The position numbers and the translations under genes are program-made. A stretch of DNA of 56,637 nucleotides, filler included, from Dirinaria sp. TL-2023a (Eukaryota): assembly GCA_051941275.1 (NCBI GenBank). It is 3 parts of 3 records of this genome, joined end to end, with 100 filler letters (N's around TTAATTAATTAA, not from the genome) between each part and the next. Parts side by side here need not be neighbours in the genome. Positions count along the whole stretch, not along the records: positions 37,835 to 56,637 come from JAVEBF010000366.1; 2 more parts are not named here. One strand, 5' to 3'. Positions within the stretch are counted from its first letter, which is position 1; each line of letters opens with the position of its first letter. Shown here piece after piece: positions 49,921-56,637 of this stretch. The notes below the pieces were generated by a model, which saw nothing but the letters and a program-made list of their open reading frames with translations, did not search any database and was not told the DNA's origin.

Positions 49921-50440
49921 ATGGTGCGTACCGCTGCCAGCTCACTTCGAACGCTTCGCGCAGCTTGCTGATCAATTTCCAGGGCAAGCGCAAGAAGTCG
50001 TCGCGAAAGCCCCAGGGCCCAAAGAAGGCATGTTCAGCTACCAAGGCAGTAATCCCTCACTGTACTAACAGGAACGGTACAGAGAGAGCCACTTGCAACA
50101 ACTTTCCCGTGCCTGTTCTGCAACCACGAGAATTCCGTCTCTGTGAAGCTCGACAAAAAGGGCGGTATCGGGGAGCTATCGTGCAAAGTATGCGGGCAGT
50201 CATTTCAAAGCGGAATAAACTGTAAGATGGATTGCCTTTTCGCGCGCGAATTATGCTCCATGAAAATGCGGAGGTTACTAAATCTGTCCAGATCTGTCCG
50301 CCGCAGTAGATGTTTACTCCGATTGGATTGACGCTTGCGATTCAGTTGCCAAAGAAGGGGGAGAACCTGACGAGGGATTGGACGCTTACGGAGATGTGGG
50401 CGGTGGTGGAATGCGTGGCGATGCTTCTGAGATGCAGTAA
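49921..50440 (+). CDS. ELF1: Transcription elongation factor Elf1, 4 exons
   Basis: [62 protein letters not shown]. The first coding exon is the ATG only, and intron 2 is GC-AG. Confidence 0.95.
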
Positions 50441-50757
50441 AGAGCAAGATGTGTAGTCGTCAAACTCAATGCATTTCGGAATTTGCCGAATGCGGCGAAT
50501 ATTATATCATTCATTCAAACATGTAGTTCGAACTTGCTCGCTGCGATGCGAGACCATCACCTTTGAGACTCAGGAAAGTCCCTCCAAGCAGTGCTCCTTC
50601 CAGACCCAAGCTGAAAAAGTCAACGACTGTGGAGGAAATGATGCAGAATCATCATTCGTGGTAACCCGATGGCAAGCAAGACCATGGAAGTTATCAAATG
50701 CTTGGCAACATCAGGTAACTTCGGTTGACACAAGCAGATTCCATCGAGCTTATGAGC

Positions 50758-51668
<911 letters not shown>

Positions 51669-52690
51669 CCTGCTACTCAAGTGTGATAGCTGAAGGAAGC
51701 AGAAAAATCACAGCGATGTTCTGAGCAATCTCTTACATGCTCTCTGCACCAACCATAACTAGAGCCCTGCTAAAGTGATCACGTGCCATCAACTTCCAAG
51801 ATCTTGATCCTAGTAAGCCTCCAAGTTCGATCAAGATCTGGGATGATCCCGAGAGCGCGAAGCACAACACAATTAAGTCAGCCGCCGATATGACAAGTAC
51901 GTGTCAATCGGTGCGCTGTACGCAAATATCTTAACTCTCTTTTCAGTCGAGTACAAGACCCTGCTTAAGGCGCGAGGCGAAAGCGGAGTCACGTCCCGCG
52001 GTTACCAGATAAATGAGTACCTTAAGGTAAGGTACGTCACCTACTTCAGCTTTATGTAAGATATTACCTTAGGTCTCAGTATCTTACCTGGGTATCTTAC
52101 TGTAAAGCCAGGCTCACTTAGAGCTCTTGTGAGGTGGCTCAAATGCTTACTTGACTTCTACCTTACCTTAGGTACATGATATCGGCAAATCTCAACCCAA
52201 CAATTTATGAGAGATGAGTGTAGGGTGAGGGCGCCGACCAAGATACCTTACCTGACCCTCTGCAAGTACCTAGGTAGGTGCTGTACATGCCGTAATAATG
52301 TACAGTATCCAAGTAAGATATTTAGCCGAGGTACCTTACCTACCTTAAGGTAGTGTCTTTGCCTTTATCCGAGCTAGCCCAGCTTGGCAGCTAAAGTAAG
52401 GTAAAGCCGCAATACCTTAGGTAAGCTACCTGGTTTTGTTGGTCTACCTCGGCCATACTCTACCTTACTTTATACTTCATACCCTGTAATTTGTTCCTCT
52501 TCCTCCAGGCGTCTTGCTTGAAGCTACACTCGCGGCTCCTGGCAGACACTGGACTCTACTCTTCATCCCTAAAGCCATTCAGTACCTATCATCCACTGAC
52601 CGTCTTGAAATAAACATGCCTCTGATCTTGATCTGACTTTATCTCCTACCTTACTCAATCACATCAACCCACTGTACCACTTCTTGCCCT

Positions 52691-55600
52691 ATGACGGTTA
52701 CCGCGACGATGCAGCCTCGCCGAAGAGCTGCGACATATGGAAAATCTTCGCGCAAACCGGTCTCAGACTTTGCTCAGTCGGCAACTGACGTATTCGCCCA
52801 AATCTCACATCTAGATGGGCACACACGAGCTGGACCCTCACCTGTACGCGATCAAGTGCCGAAGAGCAGTACATTTGAGGCGAAGCAGGCATTTGAACCA
52901 CAGATTCCAAGGTATCCTGCAGCGAGCCTCGATCGAATACTGTACAGTCCGGTTGAAGCAGTAGACTGCACAGAAGCAAACTCGAGCTCTACATCAGCCC
53001 GTCCCAATGGCATGTACGATGTTCCCTCTTCTGATGATAGCTTCGAGGGGAAACGACATGGACAGGTCATTCCAAGGAGGAAAAGGCGGAAGATCACACC
53101 AAAAATTGGGCCGCACGTAGCCTCAAATGGCGAAAAGCTTACTCCAACTCCAGTGTACCATAAAGCGCAGCATGGGCTTGCGCCTCAGAAGCCGGTAGAA
53201 AACAGGGCCGCTGTGCAAAAGAATGCGGCGGGAAACTATCGTAGTCGTGATGTGCCAGAACACGCCAGCTGCTCGCTCAAGATTCCACAGCCACGATACT
53301 CTCTCAAGCAATCCCTGTCGCCAGATGATCTATTAAAACCATCGAAGTCCCCCGGTAAAGCTCCTTCGAAGACTGTCAGATCACACAAGGCACCTACAAA
53401 ATCGCATCCGTCATCCAATGTTATGGCCGATCGAACCCTACCATCGAGGGGATCCAATGCAGACCTTATCATGTCCTCCTTAGCAGAGAAACCACATCAG
53501 GCGAGCAAGCGGACAACATCGGATGCGCCGAATAGATCGATGAACAACCCAAATCACCCGCGCGGACCGAGCGAAGTAGCTGAGCCGCTCACGCCTCCAA
53601 AACAGTCAAGACCAACGTCCCGTGTCACAACACCTCATCAACGAGCTGTGTGGGGCCTACTTCTATCAGGCGGAACTAGCGAAGAAAGCCCCAGTTGTCT
53701 GGACCTTCCGAAATTAAGGCTATCGGATGCTGAAAACCCTTCTCCTGCTAAGGCTTGGACCAAAACCGTCCTTACTTCATACCAAGACCTCAGAGGTGTG
53801 GCAGACGTTCCTCGCCGAAGAAGGATCGTTGACACGCTGCAAGACCAAGCATCAGAGCCCGACGGTGGAGAGATCATTTCTGGTGACGCATTTGGTAGCG
53901 ATGCAGACCACTCTCATAAAGCCGATGATCCTGGCAAGCGTAAAACACCCTCTGAAGGAGATTTCCATATGCAAGACCAATCAAGCAATGAGGATGTACG
54001 AGACGCGACATCAGTTTCCATAAATCAGCAAGGGCGTAGCACAATCCATTCAGCGCCCAAACTACAAGGGAGCGGTCTAATGGTGACATATGCTCGCCAA
54101 AGATCTTATCTCACGGAAAGTGATTTTAGTCAAACCGCAAATTACGATGAAATAGAACCACAGCCTTTGGCTGCCAAAAGAAGTAACAGAAGAATAGGAT
54201 TGCAAGATACTTTGCCACATTTCCAATCCGTTCAAAACGAGAAAGAGGAGACTGAGATGCCTGGCGATTCGCAAGCGGCTCCGCTCAGGAGCATCCACGA
54301 ATTAAGGGAGGCAGGTGGCAATGTACGTTTGCTCAGCGAAATCGACGCCATACTTGATGACATTGAGGATCATAGCTCTTCTATTTCGCTAAAGCGGACT
54401 AGACTGTTAGAGCTTGCAAAGAGACTCGAAGAAGCTCCTGTTCGACGGCTAGTCGCCGAGAACGAATTCGGTCCGCGCCTTTCAATATCCCTAAGTCAAG
54501 ACAGTGACCCGATTCTTAAGACTCTCTTCGCAGCAGCAGTACTAAATCTCGTCTGTGGATCTGAGTCAGCTCTCGTCATTTGTCATCTTAGCAGTCCACC
54601 TGTAGTCGAAGTGCTTGTGCAGCTTCTGAAGGTGGACAAGAGTATCGATTCTATAGCCAAAGCTCGTGAGCTCAACATGTCCAAGGCTGCACGACTCGAA
54701 TTAAGAGAGTATTGTGGGGGCCTGTGCAAATCAAACATATGGAGAGCAGGGTGTCCGGCATTTATAACTCCTCGTGTACTTGCCCTGCAGTGTTTGGAAT
54801 ATTTGATTCGTCAGGCACGAGAAATGGGCAAATCCGATCGGATTCTGCAGCAGCACGCTATCGAAGAGATAGTAGAGCTGCTTAAGGCTCCTGTATCTGG
54901 CTATCCTTCGCCACCGTGTGAAACTCCGAATACAGCATTACGGCTTGCAGTTTCCATTCTAGAATCTTGCACGATCGCTCTTCAACCCCACGAAGAACGA
55001 GACTTCTGTACCAAGACAACGTTGGAGCCGATAGCGAGCCTTTTGGCTTCGATGGATAGCTGCTTTGATTCTGTTCCAGAAACGTTGCGAGCGCTAACGC
55101 TTCGACTGTACCTCAACCTTACGAATAATAGCCCAGATGTTTGTGACATTTTTTCTAGGCCAAATGTATTAAGGTCTATCTTCAACCTGGTCATCTCGCA
55201 TTTTGAGCATGCCTCATACGATCCGGCTTCAGAAAATTTGAGGCTAGACACACTCATTCTTGCTTTGGGGTCATTGATCAATCTTGTAGAGTGGAACGGC
55301 ACCGTCCCAAAGCTCATGATGGAGCTCGAACACGAAAGCTCGAGCTTCTTAGAGCACTTCGTCAGACTGTTCCAATTGAATGTCTCCAAAACCGCTGAAG
55401 TACGTAAGAGAGGACCTACCTAGCTAAACATTGCTGACTGGACCAGGCCTTGTCGGAGGAAGAGACTGGCACCAACGTTGCATTCGGCTACCTAGCGGTG
55501 CTCCTCAGCTATATCTGTACCAATCAGATTGCAAGGGTTTATGTCTGCTCCCGATTAGAAAGGGGTAACCTGGACCAACTCCTTGGAGCAGTCAAAGAGT

Positions 55601-55719
55601 TTCTCCAATACCACAATAAAATTGACAGGGAGATATACGATAGTGGTGGAGATGTAGATCCTACAGCTGCCTTCTCCAGTCGGTTGCAGGGCGTTGTCGA
55701 CAGGCTCGGAGGCAATTAG
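52691..55719 (+). CDS. WPL1: Cohesin release factor Wapl/Wpl1-like, 2 exons (intron 55400-55446)
   Basis: N-terminal RRRAATYGK; RRRIVDTL; VTYARQRSYL; LRSIHELREAG; helical WAPL domain (LRLYLNLTNNS, ILALGSLINLVE); exon 2 NVAFGYLAVLLSY. Confidence 0.88.
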
Positions 55720-56561
55720 GGGTCAATTTACTGTAGTATGCAAGCTGTGTGAGGTCACCAAGATGAGCAAGGACACTACTTTGCGCTGTCAAGGGATGTC
55801 AATTTAGGTCGATCTGCACTTTGACACCTGGTGACATATGTCTGGTTGCATCATGATCTTGTCGCCAACACACGAGAGCTTTGATCAAATTTCTTGCCAG
55901 GGCGAATTGCGCTGCACCTATTGACTCGAGTCGCGTTGGCGCTCCAACGATGTTTCGTGTGACATGCTAGGGCGTGCGCCGATAGGACACTGTCAAGTGC
56001 ACATGGCTGACCGGTAAAGGCCTGTGCTGATGAAAATTGAAAGAAAAAATCCTCAAGCGACGACCGGATCTGGCTGCTTTCAATATTATGCGCTGGACCC
56101 TGCCATAGTTGTACGAGTCAGGTTGGCTAGTAGTGTAGATTGGGTTGTTAGATTGCAGTGATAATCAAGTATTTTCCAGGTAATGGGTATTGCCGACAAA
56201 GCCACACCGCTCCTCTCGCCCACCCGGCAACAACCCCTTGATCAGCAAAGACCTTTTCAGGTATATATTCGCCTCCTGTTTGTACGTCCCCCAATGCCGC
56301 ACGTAGGTGTAGAAAGGTATTTAATGGAAAGGGAAGTAACTAATTTACCATCCCTTCCCCTGCCCTTCCTCCTACCACTTACCTCAAACGAACTTCCTGT
56401 GCCCGGAAGTCAAACAGCCATTACGTAAAGCTCCCTTGCGATCCCCCTTCCCAGTTCCAGGGCAACATCCGACTTTATACTTCTTTTACTCACGGCCGTT
56501 GCCAAACGACTGCAATTTGGGCTAGACGCGCAAGAGATCAGATCGCGGGATCGGCCAAAAG

Positions 56562-56637
56562 ATGCCGGCGCCTCCGAAGCAGAGGAAGATGGCCATTGTT
56601 GGCAGCCGAGCGGTTGGTAAGGGTTGCCGTGCATAAA
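56562..56637 (+). CDS. RHB1: Rheb small GTPase, first exon (56562-56616); the gene runs off the window
   Basis: MPAPPKQRKMAIVGSRAVG followed by donor gtaagg. Arg in the P-loop (GSRxVGK) is diagnostic of Rheb. Not in the ORF track. Confidence 0.88.

Overview
Eukaryotic, intron-containing DNA from a filamentous ascomycete (Pezizomycotina); no bacterial features. The window is three contigs joined by artificial 100-bp linkers (44N-TTAATTAATTAA-44N at 18820-18919 and 37735-37834). Bases 1-7.5 kb are an accessory zone: a CYP52-like P450 pseudogene, a PTH11-like membrane protein, and UbiA prenyltransferase and methyltransferase remnants. The rest is mostly housekeeping genes (CWC27, YPT1/Rab1, carnitine acetyltransferase, APC15, GDE1, an intron-split U3 snoRNA, TBF1, DAD3, MRPS5, TRM2, a forkhead factor, HOM3, BUR1, URC1-like, ELF1, UPRTase, WAPL, start of RHEB), with an orphan/decay island at 30.5-33.7 kb. 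Top observation: the first intervening sequence of YPT1 appears to be a nested spliceosomal twin intron. A 56-nt intron sits between nucleotides 3 and 4 of the outer intron's GTAAGT donor ([D3,4] architecture), and every incompletely spliced product stops after four codons. All gene models and family calls are by eye; no database searches were run.
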